NCBI GenBank assembly: GCA_951406725.2
Contig: OX597817.1
Coordinates: forward strand, 80,910,001 to 80,974,000
Direction: 5' to 3'
Source: Octopus vulgaris
Lineage: Eukaryota
Length of the DNA: 64,000 nucleotides
Under the pieces are notes generated by a model. It searched no databases. It was given only the letters and a program-made list of their open reading frames with translations, and was not told where the DNA came from. Positions 15,484 through 29,289 of this stretch are shown here, piece after piece. Both the position numbers and the translations under genes were made by a program. Every line of letters starts with the position of its first letter. Within the stretch, counting starts at the first letter, position 1.

Positions 15484-16506
15484 TGTAAGCATGCATAGGA
15501 ACAACAACAACGACAAGAACATTATCAACAACTACAACATCAAAACTGACTACAGCAGTGGTGGTAACAATAACGAAAATAACGACAAAGCGATGGGATC
15601 GACTCTCATGGGTAAATAAGCGAAACCAACACGTTACTTCTCGATCTGTCTAAATGACAAGGAGACACGCAGGACACAGTAAAACAGCTTGTAGGGATGA
15701 CAGGGACGAGAGCACAAGTTATCATCGTAGCAACCGTACTGCAGAGAGCAATGCTGTAGAGGTGTCCGCTAAAACCTGACAGCCAAATGCAGCGACACAC
15801 GCCTAGGTGGAAAGAGCCGTGAATGACATGTGGGAAGAGGCGGTGCATGTCATCAAGGCAGTTAGGGAGTATGAAAATCCTCTTCATGGGCGAAACCTAC
15901 AGACTGAAGCACTTCACTGCTTCCTTACGCGACAGGAGCTCATCCTGTGCTCAACGTTATTATGAAGAAGGACCTATTACATTAAGATAGAGATAATTCC
16001 ACTTAAGCTAAGCATCTGGTGGTCGTTGACCTGTGTAACTTTGGAAGGAAGTAAGGCATTTCTCAAAGAAAATGTAGAGGATGTTTCGGTTTCGAATCTC
16101 AGTGGAATTCATTCACCATATCAAATCGAAGAAAATAGGAAACATCCCAGATATTATCCAGTTACTCAGTGGGGTGGAGGTGAATGTTACAGTTGAGGGA
16201 TGAAGGACAAGATATCATGCGTGGCATAGCAGGCCACTTCAGTGTGTTTTGTCTGAAGCACTTCATTGCTTCCTTACGCGACAGGAGCTCACCCTGGAGG
16301 CCACATCAGTGTGCTGTGTCCTGTAGTCGGTTTGCTAGACTACAACCTTCAAGCTAGTGGTCCTGTTTGCCTGCAGTCCCAAAACGGAAACAGGTTATAG
16401 GAGAGATAATATATGTGCGCGCGTGTGTGTCTGTGTATGTATGGTTATAATATTGATTATATATGGTATTTATATATGTACACATTCATACATATGTGTG
16501 CATGCT

Positions 16507-16587
<81 letters not shown>

Positions 16588-16954
16588 ATAAGCCTCTGTG
16601 TGTATGGACTTTATGTATAACTGCATGATTTTATACAAGCATGTGAGTAGCGAACTATCAACATGTATTTTTCTGTTTAAAAGTTTGCATCTTTTGTTAT
16701 ACCTGTATGACTTTGAAATAATTCGCGTGTAAGTATTTGAGCCAGTGCTTGTGTGTATGAGTGTGTGTGTGTGCGTGCGTGTGTGTGTGTCTGAGTGTAT
16801 GTATGTGTGTGTATGTGTGTGTGTGTGAGTGAGTGAGTGTTTGAGTGTGTGGAGATACGTGTTCTTGGCTGTATGTGATATCACTTTATAACACGCAGAC
16901 ATTTAAAAGTAGTATGTGTGTGTGTGTGTATGACTATGTGTATATATGAGTATA

Positions 16955-17013
<59 letters not shown>

Positions 17014-17205
17014 CTATATTTATGTATATTTATATTTACCTACGTACATAAATACATGTTTGTATTTACATATATGTATGTGCATGTGTGTGTGTGTACA
17101 GATGCATACATATAGGCGATAAATGGGTATGTATTTGCATTTGGCAACATATACATATTGAGACGCATGTGTATATATATCAATATGTGTATATATACAT
17201 ATACA

Positions 17206-17249
<44 letters not shown>

Positions 17250-17830
17250 TATATCGTATAGATATGCATATATATAATGCATATATGCATATATACGATA
17301 TATGTATACATATATATGTGCATACATACACACACATACATACATACATACATACATACATACATACATACATACATACATACTTAATGTAAGGCACATG
17401 CATATGTTAATTAACGGTGAGCAAACAAAAGAAACATCTGGTTGTGAACGGTAAGTTTTGCTACCCTATCGAAAGCTACTTGACTCATGTAAAACTGAAA
17501 AAAACATAAATAAAAAAAAACACGTATGTTCATGTGTGTGCGTATGGGTGGCGTGGTTGTGTGTATGGCTGAGCCTCTCTCTGTGTATATGTCTGTGCGA
17601 AAGATTTTGCTGAATTTTACGCATAATTTCAACAGATGTAAAAGATGTTTCGAGAATTTTAGATATTATCTTCAAATGTCAGTAATTAAAGATTCTAAAA
17701 AGTTTTCAATAAACTTTTTTCTTCCATTTTATTCATTGACTCTGAAATTTTCCTCATTTTCTTCGGGTTTTTTGTATTGTTTCCTAGGGTGGGGGTCCAT
17801 TTCATTCTTACATTCTCACTTTCAAAGTTG

Positions 17831-17907
<77 letters not shown>

Positions 17908-18017
17908 GTTATTCGCCAGTAAGTCTTTTTGTTTAAATTTTCATTAGTACTAGATTTTTCTTTGATTCTATGTAAATTACATATGTTAATTTCTCGTTCT
18001 TTGTGAATACTTTAGAC

Positions 18018-18437
18018 TCTTTTACTCTTTTACTCTTTTATTTGTTTCAGTCATTTGACTGTGGCCATGCTGGAGCACCGCCTTTAGTCGAGCAAATCGA
18101 CCACCTGACTTATTCTTTGTAAGCCTAGTACTTATTCTATCGGTCTCTTTTGCCGAACCGCTAAGTTACGGGATGTAAACATACTAGCATCGGTTGTCAA
18201 GTGATGTTGGGGGGACAAACACAAACACAGACACACAAACATATACACACACACACACATATATACATATATGCGACGGTCTTCTTTCAGTTTCCGTCTA
18301 CCAAATCCACTCACAGGGCTTTGGTCGGCCCGAAGCTATATTAGAAGACACTTGCCGAAGGTGCCACGCAGTGGGACTGAACCCGGAACCATGTGGTTGG
18401 TAAGCAAGCTACTTACCGCACAGCCACTCCTACGTCT
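18018..18437 (-). mobile_element. tRNA-derived SINE family B (CORE-like central motif), full length
   Basis: Minus strand: ggagtggctgtgcggtaag..ggttccgggttcagtccc..ggcacctt(c/g)ggcaagtgtcttct (CORE-like), an internal (TG/TA)n, and a 3' tail (agtaaaag)n. Confidence 0.9.
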
Positions 18438-19229
18438 ATCATTGGTTATGCTAACTTTTCCATATTTTTAATGTTTTTACTTTATCTATATTTATATTTT
18501 TTGTACATTCATCCAGCTTTTTACAATACCAAATGACATATTCTTAAACCTAATGTTATTCGTTTAAAATTGTGATTCCTTCCTTCCAACTCCTTCTATG
18601 CTAATCTTCCTCTTATAGGATGCGAGAAGAAATAGTGAGAGAGGGTAATAGGAACCCTACGGTCCACGTTTCAGCCTGATATATAAGTTGGCACTATCAT
18701 GATATGTTGCGTGTCTTGGGCATCTTTAAGCTCCTCTCCAGAGATGGCTACAGTCGGGGTTTTTTTCGTAGAAGAGGGTGGAGGAGGAAGAAGAGGAGGA
18801 GGACGACGACGACGACAACGGTGAGGATGACAACGACGGCGACGATGTGACAGAGAAGAAGATGAAGAAGAGGGTAGGGAGGAGAAAGAAGAAAAGCCCG
18901 ACGAGGATGAAGGCAATAAAGGAGAATAAGCAATAGAGGAGACTGTAGCACATACAGTTTATCAAGAACTTAGTCAAAGAGCATGACGACGGTCACTCAT
19001 TTACAGTCAATGACTAACTGGTGTAAAAGACGGAACACTCGTCACATTTATGTATATTCTTTGTAGTGCTCCCACTTGTAACTACCTAAATACTGCATTC
19101 ATTGAAACATATTCTTCTGGTTTATGTTGTCTGTGGTTTATATTGTCAATGTGAGTGAGTGTGTTTGTGTTAGTGCTGTAATCGTTAATTACGTGAGTCA
19201 AGGACCCGTCAGCGGGGATGTCCTTTCAG

Positions 19230-19540
<311 letters not shown>

Positions 19541-19544
19541 CATA

Positions 19545-19977
19545 CTCTCTCTTTTACACTTTTATTTGTTTCAATCATTTCACTGTGGCCATGCTGGATC
19601 ACTACCTTTAGTCGAACAAATCTTCCCCAGGACTCATTCTTTGTAAGCTTGGTACTTATTCCATCGGTCTCTCAGGCTGAACCTCTAAGTTACGAGAACG
19701 TAAACACACCAGTATAGGTCGTCAAGTGATGACGGAGGAACAAACACAGACACACAAACATACACACACACACACACACATACACTCGCACACACACATA
19801 TATTTATATATACGACGGGCTTCTTTCAGTTTCTGTCTACCAAATCCACTCACAGGGCTGTGGTAGGCCCGAGACTATAGTAGAAAACACTTACCCAAGG
19901 TGCCGCACAGTGGGACTGAACCCAGAACCATGTGGTTGGTAAGCAAGCTACTTACCACACAGCCACTCCTGCGCTTA
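19545..19977 (-). mobile_element. SINE family B, full length
   Basis: Colinear with 18018-18437. Confidence 0.9.
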
Positions 19978-20295
19978 TGTAATAATAATAATGATGATGA
20001 TGATGATGATGATGATAACAACAACAACAATAATCTCAATATAATGATGTTTTCTTTATTTAACCCCTACATAATAATAGCTGATATGAATGTTGGTTGG
20101 TTGGTTGTTTGGTCGGTTATTTCTCCAGTCATGCTTTATGTCATATATAGAGAAGTATTCAGGGATGGAGAGAGAGAGTTAACATAAGAGGTGGATGGTG
20201 AGTGCACATATTAATTTCAGTGGCAATTAATAAATCAATGCTACATAACCACATACGTACACCAGCGAGAGTGAAAGGGGATGAGAGGGTGTATA

Positions 20296-20514
20296 TACGA
20301 AGGGGTGCTGAAGCGTTCCCGGCTTTAAGGGTATCATGAAAGGACTGGTTGGAGGCCCAAGTTTCTGAGTTCTTTTTCAGAGTATAGAAAAACTGAAGGA
20401 CCGCTCCGACAAGTATGAATCTGAAAGGGAGATATTTTGAATAAAATCATAATTAACTGATCCTCCTGTATTTTCGTTTGCCCAAAACGAGGAAATTTTT
20501 AGAAAGCCTTCGTA
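20296..20514 (+). mobile_element. mariner-derived MITE
   Basis: TA-flanked TIRs tacgaaggggtgctgaa..ttcc / ggaa..tagaaagccttcgta. The interior keeps the mariner C-terminus IEKLKDR..LKGxYFE*. Confidence 0.7.
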
Positions 20515-20517
20515 AGC

Positions 20518-20618
<101 letters not shown>

Positions 20619-20638
20619 AGTCAGAATTTTGGATAATT

Positions 20639-20684
20639 CTTTATTAGCGCTTTCGTTCGTTTAACCGAACTCTTCAAGACAAAA
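20639..20684 (-). ncRNA. Minimal type I hammerhead ribozyme motif (PLE type)
   Basis: Minus strand: UUUUGU-C(U)UGAAGA-GUUCG-guuaaa-CGAAC-GAA-AGCGCU-A-AUAAAG. 5-bp stem II, palindromic helix III AGCGCU and a 6-bp stem I with G-U pairs. One extra U in the core. Confidence 0.6.
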
Positions 20685-21019
20685 TTTAAAACCAAAATGA
20701 TAAAACAGAATGTGCAATATCTCAATATACAATATCTGTTCTTTTCTTTTTAACACCTCGAATGTAAGATCTCTTCCCTGAAGACAAAGCTCATCTCATC
20801 CTACGATGGAATCAATCTACAAATATTATAATGGACCACAGAACCCCCAGAAACAGCTCTTGGACTGTAAAACTGTTCCGCATCTTTAATTCTCTATATC
20901 ATTTCGATTCTGTGTACGTCGGACCTTTTTATATACATACATATATATTTTTCTGTATCTCATGTACTTAATATACTTAACATATTGATCTGTCTTACCT
21001 TCTTATCCCTACATTGCTA

Positions 21020-21290
21020 CTCTTATGAACAGGAAGTCGGAACACCCAGCAGGATTAAAACAAGAGTTGTCGAAGGCCGAATGAGCCCCTTATGGGTCTA
21101 TGGCCATCCAGTTGGGAAAGGTAATAGCAAACCATTCGCTATATTTCTGCCAAGAAAACACTATGAAAAATCAGAACGAAGTAACGCTCTGCCTTCATCC
21201 GATAGAACTCGCTCTTAATCGGAAATACTTTTGCTGTAGTGTTACCAACGCACTGTGAACGCGTACGATACATGACGACCACGAGCAAAA
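21020..21290 (+). mobile_element. RTE-related non-coding remnant
   Basis: acacccagcagg..aaaacaa..gtcgaagg..gtctatggccatcca matches the minus strand of 48755-48835. ggtaatagcaaaccattcgctatatttctgccaagaaaac resembles the RTE/BovA motif GGCAATGGCAAACCACTCCAGTATTCTTGCCAAGAAAAC. Confidence 0.5.
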
Positions 21291-23100
21291 GTATACTTCT
21301 AAAGTTACTTGTAATATGACGGTTAACTCTCTAGTTTTCTACCATGTCATCCCAGTGTCACAATATATCTCAGTCGTTCAATTATTAATGTTAACACTGA
21401 CGCTATAATATTTTGTCTATCAAAATTTTTTATTTTTGCGATCATATCTTCTCTGGAAATGTTTGGAAAGCAAATCCGACCCGTTCTAGTTGAAGCATAG
21501 CCTGAAACGCCTTAATTTAAATAATTATTTGCTTTTTGCCTTAGTTGAAGACCCTTTAAGAAAAAAGAATATCGCAGATAGAACATCTCCCATTAACGTT
21601 CTTTTGTTTTGTATTGTTTCGATTTTCTTATGAATTATCGATGTCTGATGGATCAATATTTTAATCGACATCGGAAAATATTAGCTAAGCACATTAGATG
21701 AATGAGATAAATATCGTAACACAGTTGACGATGCAATTTATGGTGATTCCTTTCAGTTGTACTCAACATGTGCTTGTGTACATATTGCTCATTGAGTGCA
21801 CAAATACGTTAAATTCGTTGAAATCAAGCATATAAATGGTAGATTCATGGCGATACACAACAAAATTTAACGCCATGTTAACCATTTTGCATCTTCAAGA
21901 TTAAAAGGCATTATGCAAAATTATGATCCTAGCCAAATAATTGAGCCGAAAATTCTTATGCTCTTTAATTTGTACATTAAATTTATTTTTTAATTTCATA
22001 GATTATTAAAAACAAGAGTGTTATCTGTCATATAACGGGTAAGTTTAGAAGTACAGTTTTGCTATCATAGGCAAAACTAACTTTTATCAAATTTCTTGGT
22101 GTTTTTACAAAGGGATGAAATGAATGCAAACTTTTGAAAGAAAACTTTTTCTTTTGCATAGCTCTTCCCATAACTTCTTCCCTCATGTCTCTCTGATTCT
22201 TTCTTTTTCGCTGTGTCTATGTGGCATTTATATACCCATTGCATGCCACCAAGCTTAGTATGTGCACTTATCCTGTATCTCTTATATTAACGCTTTCTTT
22301 ATCTTCCTTTTTTTATCTCTATCACCTTCTCTCAATGTAATTTGTGATGAGAAAATCAACCAACAAACCAACATTCATATTGGTTAAAATAAAAGAGATT
22401 ATAGGAGACATTAGCAACCTGACCTCGAAATTTAATTCAGTCACTAGCGGAACTAAAAGAGTAAAAATAAATATGAATATTGTGCATAACAAATTCATAG
22501 GTTTTCAAACAACGTCGATTCTCATATGTTTAACAGCAAACCTGACAAAAGCTAACGCCGCCGCCACCAACAACAATAATAATAACAACAAAAACAACAG
22601 CAACAACAACACTAGCACAGACAGTAATATAAAGCTTATTGAACCTAACACACACCAAGCAGAAAAGTTCAGCTCAATGCTGAACTGACTAGTGACTAAT
22701 CTAGTTTCACATGGACTGTTTGTCAACGAAGCTATCTATCTATTCCTGAGATTAGAAATAAGTCAAAATTGAAAGATCTCCATCCGGCATTATTGTTTCC
22801 TTCCGACTTCGTTTTCCCATCACAGTATTAAAGAGATATTTGTTACTTTCAACTGAAGACAGAGGATTAAAAATGGCGCCAAGTAAATACTCCAAACGCT
22901 TGATTTATTGCGGAAAAATTCAGTAAAGACGTAGCTCCATATATCATTTACATTCGATAATCATACGTGCCTACATAGAATGCTTATACACATCTATGTG
23001 TGCGTATGCATCTACACACGTGAGATGTTGTTAAGCACACACACGCACACATATACATATATACGTGTGTATGTATATGTATGTAGATACACATATATAA

Positions 23101-23139
<39 letters not shown>

Positions 23140-23188
23140 TATATATATAGATAGATATAGATATAGATATGTGTATTTATGTATATAT

Positions 23189-23238
<50 letters not shown>

Positions 23239-23291
23239 TATGTGTGTAGTCATATGTATATATTTTTGCGGGTTTTCATGTCTCTCTTTAC

Positions 23292-23326
<35 letters not shown>

Positions 23327-23476
23327 CATGTCTATATATATATATACATATATATATATGCACGCGTCTGTGTGTGTGTATGTGTGCATATAATTCGTGC
23401 CTGAATACATAAATATTTATCTATATGCATATATCTGCATATTTCACACATACATATGCACATATACGTTAAAAGA

Positions 23477-23511
<35 letters not shown>

Positions 23512-24235
23512 GCGTGTATATGTGTATGTATATTTACCTATGAATATACACGTCTGTGTATTTTTGTGTTTTTGTGTGTGCGTCTGCGTGTGCGCGCATA
23601 TGTTACAATGTTCATGTGATACTTCTCGATTCTCTGCCTGTATGTCATTTAAATATATCATAATTTCACTTAAAACAAAACGACGCTAATTATCAACACA
23701 GATTAATATTTAGCGTTGAGAGTTTCTAATGTGCTTGAGGATTACAAATATAGACATTTATCACCTACTATGTCTGACTACTCGGCGATATAGTGAACAC
23801 AGGAGAGCAAACCGTAAGATCCACGTCGGTTAAATCAAGTTGAGTTTAGCTTGTGACGTAATTTCGACTTCCGGTCGAAATTGTTTCCTTCCACTTCCGT
23901 CACGAATGCCGTAGAGGTGAAATATGGATATTTGTTGATATCGGAAGGGTACAAAAAAACGTATGAATTTGGTGAAACTATTTTATGTGTGTATATCATG
24001 TGTCCGTTTAAAGAAAACTAAACTCATTATAAAGAGAGGAACACTCTTGTAGCCATGTACGAGTTGTTTGCGTGTTTACCCTATCGCCATATAATTCCAA
24101 ATTCAACGAGCAAACAACACACACATCAAATTTCGTCTAGGTATGTGACTGCGCTTATACGTCATGGAAAAGGCCCAAGAAGGCCGAAATGGATCTTGCC
24201 TTCTCATTAACTTCAGCTGGGACGATTTTCTCTCT

Positions 24236-24313
<78 letters not shown>

Positions 24314-24317
<4 letters not shown>

Positions 24318-24547
24318 TTAGGGAATAAATCCAAATTTACAGGGAAAAATCAGATTTAGGATTGAATCCAATTTTATAGTAAAATATAATATAATATTAA
24401 TTAGAGACAAAACCACTATTATGCAAATCAAACAAAGAAAGACTTAATCCAATACATAAAAATTTTATATAAATTAAAAATAATTAATTTATATAAAATT
24501 TTTAGTCTTTCTTCGTTTGATTTGCATAATAGTGGTTTTGTCTCTAA

Positions 24548-24557
<10 letters not shown>
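24314..24557. mobile_element. AT-rich double-palindromic fragment in (TA)n, probable PLE terminal piece
   Basis: 54-bp inverted repeat at 24391-24444 / 24504-24557 (1 mismatch), with an inner 21-bp inverted repeat. Same family as 6600-6850. Confidence 0.5.
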
Positions 24558-24598
<41 letters not shown>

Positions 24599-25421
24599 GG
24601 CTGACGGTCTGGAATTGTCATTTTTTCTAAAATTGAATGAAATAAATAATGACGATACACACGTACTTGAACATAATGAACAAAATGAATAATGATAACG
24701 TAATGATAACGTAATATAGATAAAATTTCGAATGTTTCGGTACGTGATTTTTGCTTATTCCTGTATATTGTATTTTCAACTCAGCACGTCTTATAAGAGA
24801 TTTTATCTCAGATGAAAACACTGTATTCTGTCTGCCAACTTATATATACCTTAAGTATGATACATAGATGATTATTTTAATTTAATTCTACTTCAGTTGC
24901 ATACGCCGAATTTTTATTCAACCCTGTGGCTATTTGCAACATCAGTGAATGTATTATTCATTGCTTACAAAATATATCGAAGGTGACAAATTTCGACCAC
25001 ACGTGTGGCTGGCTACAAGTATATTATTCACAAGGCCCAACAAGATCAAAATGCGTATGGCATTCTCGCAGACCGGTGCCAGGACGAAATGTTTTCGTCT
25101 CCTTCCAATATATGTTATGTTTTATTAATATATCACGTCTATAAAACAGTTTATCTCAGACGAAAACGGCAGCCTCGTGTTTATCAACAGTGCATATTCA
25201 TTAAGTATGATACCTAGATGGTTCTATAAATATGTGTGCGCCTGTGTAAAGATACATGTATTTATATGTATACATATATGTATATATATACATGCATATA
25301 TGTATGCATGCATGTATGCTTATACATATGAATTTTTTGAATGTATGTATGCGTGTGTGAGTGTGTGTATATGATTGTAGTTATGTATGTATGTATGCTT
25401 GCATACATGCATGTACGTATG

Positions 25422-25807
25422 CAAGTTTCAGACATTTGACTGCGACTATGTTGGAGCACCGCATTTAGTCGAGCAAATCGACCCCAGGACTTATTATCTG
25501 TAAGCCTAGTACTTATTCTATCGGTTCCTTGTGCCGAACCGCTAAGTTACAGAGACGTAAACGGACCACCATCGGTTGTCAGGCACACAAACATATACAC
25601 ACATACATGCATATATATATATATATACACACACATATATACGACGGGCTTCTTTCAGTTTCCGTCTACCAAATCTACTCACAAGGCTTTGGTCGGCCCG
25701 TGGCTATAGTAGAAGACATTTGCCCAAGGTGCCACGCAGTGAGACTGAACCCGGAACCATGTGGTTGGTAAGCAAGCTACTTACCACACAGCTACTCCTG
25801 CGCCTAT
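25422..25807 (-). mobile_element. SINE family B
   Basis: Colinear with 18018-18437. Confidence 0.9.
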
Positions 25808-26082
25808 GTGAACCCTGTCACGAAGTGAGGGACAATATTGTTTAGATTAAAATCCTTTCGATAAAATTTGGTATGCAATTATACGCGCGCGCGCATACAC
25901 GCACATACACACACACATACATTCAAATACATTCTAATATCCTGCCCACACATATCTTCTCATGCCGCTGTAATTTATGAAAACGATGCAAATTAACAAA
26001 ATATACAGGTTCTAATTATATTGAACCAATGCCAAATAGAGAAGCACAGTTATAACACCTACTCATTCTACCGCTTCAACGG

Positions 26083-26114
<32 letters not shown>

Positions 26115-26273
26115 GTTGTTGTTGTTGTTGTTGTTGTTGTTGCTGTTGTTGATGTTGTTGTTGCCGCTCCTGCTCTTTTTCTTCTATACGTCTTGATTTT
26201 CTTCTACTACTTCTTGTTCTTGTATGTCCGTCTCTTCATCATCATCCTCTTTCGTCTGCATCATCATCACCAA

Positions 26274-26470
26274 TGGTTTCTAATTTTGGCTCAGGGTCAG
26301 CGGTTTTAGAGGGTAAGAAGAAGCCGATAACATCGACCTTAGTGCTCAACTGCCACTTATTTTATCGACCCCAAAAAAATGAAAGGCAAAGTCGACCTCG
26401 GTGGAATTTGAACTCAGAACGTAACGACGGTCGAAATGCCGCTAAGCATTTTGCCCGGCGTAATAACGAT
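26274..26470 (-). mobile_element. SINE family A
   Basis: gaaaggcaaagtcgacctcggtggaatttgaactcagaacg (reverse of the family A body). Confidence 0.85.
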
Positions 26471-27027
26471 AATTAGAAGAAGAAGAAGAAGAAGAAGAAG
26501 AAGAAGAAGAAGAAGAAGAAGAGGGCAGTGGTGGTGGTGGTGGTGGTGGTGGTGGTGAGCGCAAGTAAACCGAGGTTCATACAAGTGGGTTTATATGTTG
26601 TTTTGTTGTGGTTGTTAATATATATTTTTTGAATTTCAACATTTTTTACGACCCTCAGTTCATTCACATTCTTTGTCTCTCTGTGTCTGACTATTTGCCT
26701 CTCTCTCTCTCCCTCCCTTTCTCTATATCTCTCTCCCTCTCTTACCTTCCGTCCCTCTTCACCCTCCATTGTATCAGTGAAGGAGAGGAAACCGATCGAC
26801 AGTCATTTTTGCAGCATGCGTTAATATTAGATGCTATGATGATAGTATTGTAATGTGCAATCTGTAATGCAATGACTGCTGGTCGGATGACGTGGGTGGG
26901 AAGGACGTTAGTGGTAGAGCAGGATTTAAAAAGCCGGAAGTGAAAGCTGGTCTCAGATATTAATCTTTATGACGTACCACAAATCATTCTTGGTTAAAAA
27001 CAAGATCTCGACAAAAATATAACAGCA

Positions 27028-27195
<168 letters not shown>

Positions 27196-27327
27196 GGTTC
27201 AAGTCTTGGCACAAGTCTATTAGTTCGGTGGAGGAGTTAAGTCGATTATATTTGTACCCCAGTGTCACTTTGTTGACATGGATTGCTCTCTCACTTAATA
27301 ATAGTAACAACCACAATAATAATAATA

Positions 27328-28056
27328 GTTTTGGCTTGGTATAAAAGATAGGCTACAACAAATATTCTGCTCAATACCTATTTCTTTATTACCCACAAGG
27401 GGCTAAACACAGAGGGGACAAACAAGGACAGACATAGGTATTAAGTCGATTACATCGACCTCAGTGCGTAACTGGTACTTAATTTATTGACCCCGAAAGG
27501 ATGAAAGGCAAAGTCGACCTCGGCGGAATTTGAACTCACAACGTAACGCAGACGAAATACCTCTAAGCATTTCGCCCGGCGTGCTAACGTTTCTGCCAGC
27601 TCGCCACCTAAGCCTATTCTGCTCAATACCACAGATTTGCTTGTCAGTTGTTTGACCTTAACCAGTTGAGCATGTCCCTTAGTGGCTGATATGTGCATCT
27701 CTGATCACGAGCAGAAATAGTGAGGGAACATCATAGCTATGTGTTGAAAGGAATTCTTGGAAGTTTGGATAATTCACCTTTGGAAACATGGGTGTTTCGT
27801 TCAACATCCTTAAACAACCCTTGTTCAGGCACCTTTTGAGCGGGATGGGTTACTCGACCAGAAGAAATTTCTAACTGGGCCCCACCTGCAAGGTAATGCG
27901 CTGTTTATCTTGATATGAGATCACCATGTCGCGCACATGTGGTTGTGACGCATGTGCCTAGTGCACCCTTATCAGACGGGTAGTCATGATGGGTATACTG
28001 GGCTTCGTACATTTTAGCCCAGTGCCACTTTGATGGCATGTGTTACTCTCTCACTC

Positions 28057-28057
<1 letters not shown>
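27328..28057 (+). mobile_element. Repeat X copy 2 (5'-truncated, ends in a (TAA)n tail), interrupted by a SINE
   Basis: Reverse complement of copy 1. Ends ctctctcactc followed by (aat)n and lies between (TAA)n tracts. Confidence 0.8.
27379..27614 (-). mobile_element. SINE family A, full length, with a 14-16 bp TSD
   Basis: Direct repeat tattctgctcaatacc at 27363-27378 and 27615-27630; copy 1 of repeat X has this sequence only once. Confidence 0.92.
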
Positions 28058-28114
<57 letters not shown>

Positions 28115-28260
28115 GTGGTGGTGGTGGTGGTGGTGGTAGTTGATGTTGTGAATGTTGTCATGGTGATTGTGAAGGTGGCGATTGTAGTTGTGGCAGTTGT
28201 TGCATATATGTAGTTGAAGTGATAATGGCTGTTATTGCTATTATTAGCACCGCTGTTGCT

Positions 28261-28650
28261 AAGGCGGCGAGCTCACAGAATCGTTAGCTCGCTGGACAAA
28301 ATGCTTTTCGTTCTGAGTTCAAATTCAGCCAAAGTTATTATTTCGGGATCGATAAAATAAGTATTAGTTGAGCACTAGAGTCGGTGTAATCGATTTGCTG
28401 TGCTTGTGTCAAAATTTTATACAATTTTTTAAATTTTTTTTATCGTTGTTAAAGTAGCTACTTCACAGAATCATTAATTACATGTATTCTTCCTTTACGA
28501 TCTGAGTTCAAATTTCACCGAAGTCGGCTCTGCTTTATATCCTATCGTGATAATCACAAAAGATAAGTACCACTTATAAGCTCTAGAGTCGATGTAATCG
28601 AGTAACCCCATCCCATAAAATTGCTGGCCTTGAGCCAAAATTTGAAACCA
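28261..28650 (+). mobile_element. Two degenerate SINE family A copies
   Basis: aaggcggcgagctcacagaatcgttagc, plus two ctgagttcaaatt B-box regions. Confidence 0.75.
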
Positions 28651-29111
28651 ATTTTATTGCCGATTTTGCTGCTGTTATTATGTTGTTGTTCTCGCTGTTG
28701 CTCTTGTTTCTTTGTTTATTTTCTCGTTCTTGTACTGGATTGTTATCTTTGTCGTTGTAGTGGAGATTTCTATTGTTGTTGTTGTTCAGTGTGTTCTTCG
28801 TGAAATGAACAACATATATAACATATCAAACATGGCGTTTGACAGTAACCAAAATTCGAGCAACATACTTATTTTATTTTATTCTACAAAGACATCGAGA
28901 ACGTCAACGATTCGCTATCAGAAAAGTGTGTCCACGTATGCAAACATGTATTGTTTCCATAAGAGAGATTTTTGGAAGGGCTTGCATATATATATATGTG
29001 TACATGTATATGTGTGCGTATGCATTATGTATGGTCGTAAAAATATATGTATATATGCATGCTTGCGTGTGTATATATATATACATATATATATATATAC
29101 ATATATATATG

Positions 29112-29146
<35 letters not shown>

Positions 29147-29187
29147 ATAGACAGATAGCTAGAGACAGGCAGGCAAAGAGACTCATT

Positions 29188-29289
<102 letters not shown>

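Noticed and set aside
18770-18960. Acidic/basic coding-like stretch (EEEEDDDD..KKMKKR)
   Set aside because: Best explained as a decayed GAG/GAC/GAA trinucleotide repeat, as at 14330-14620 and 50535-50760.
22344-22688. 114-aa ORF with poly-N
   Set aside because: No recognisable domain; AT-rich and partly an (AAC/AAT)n repeat.
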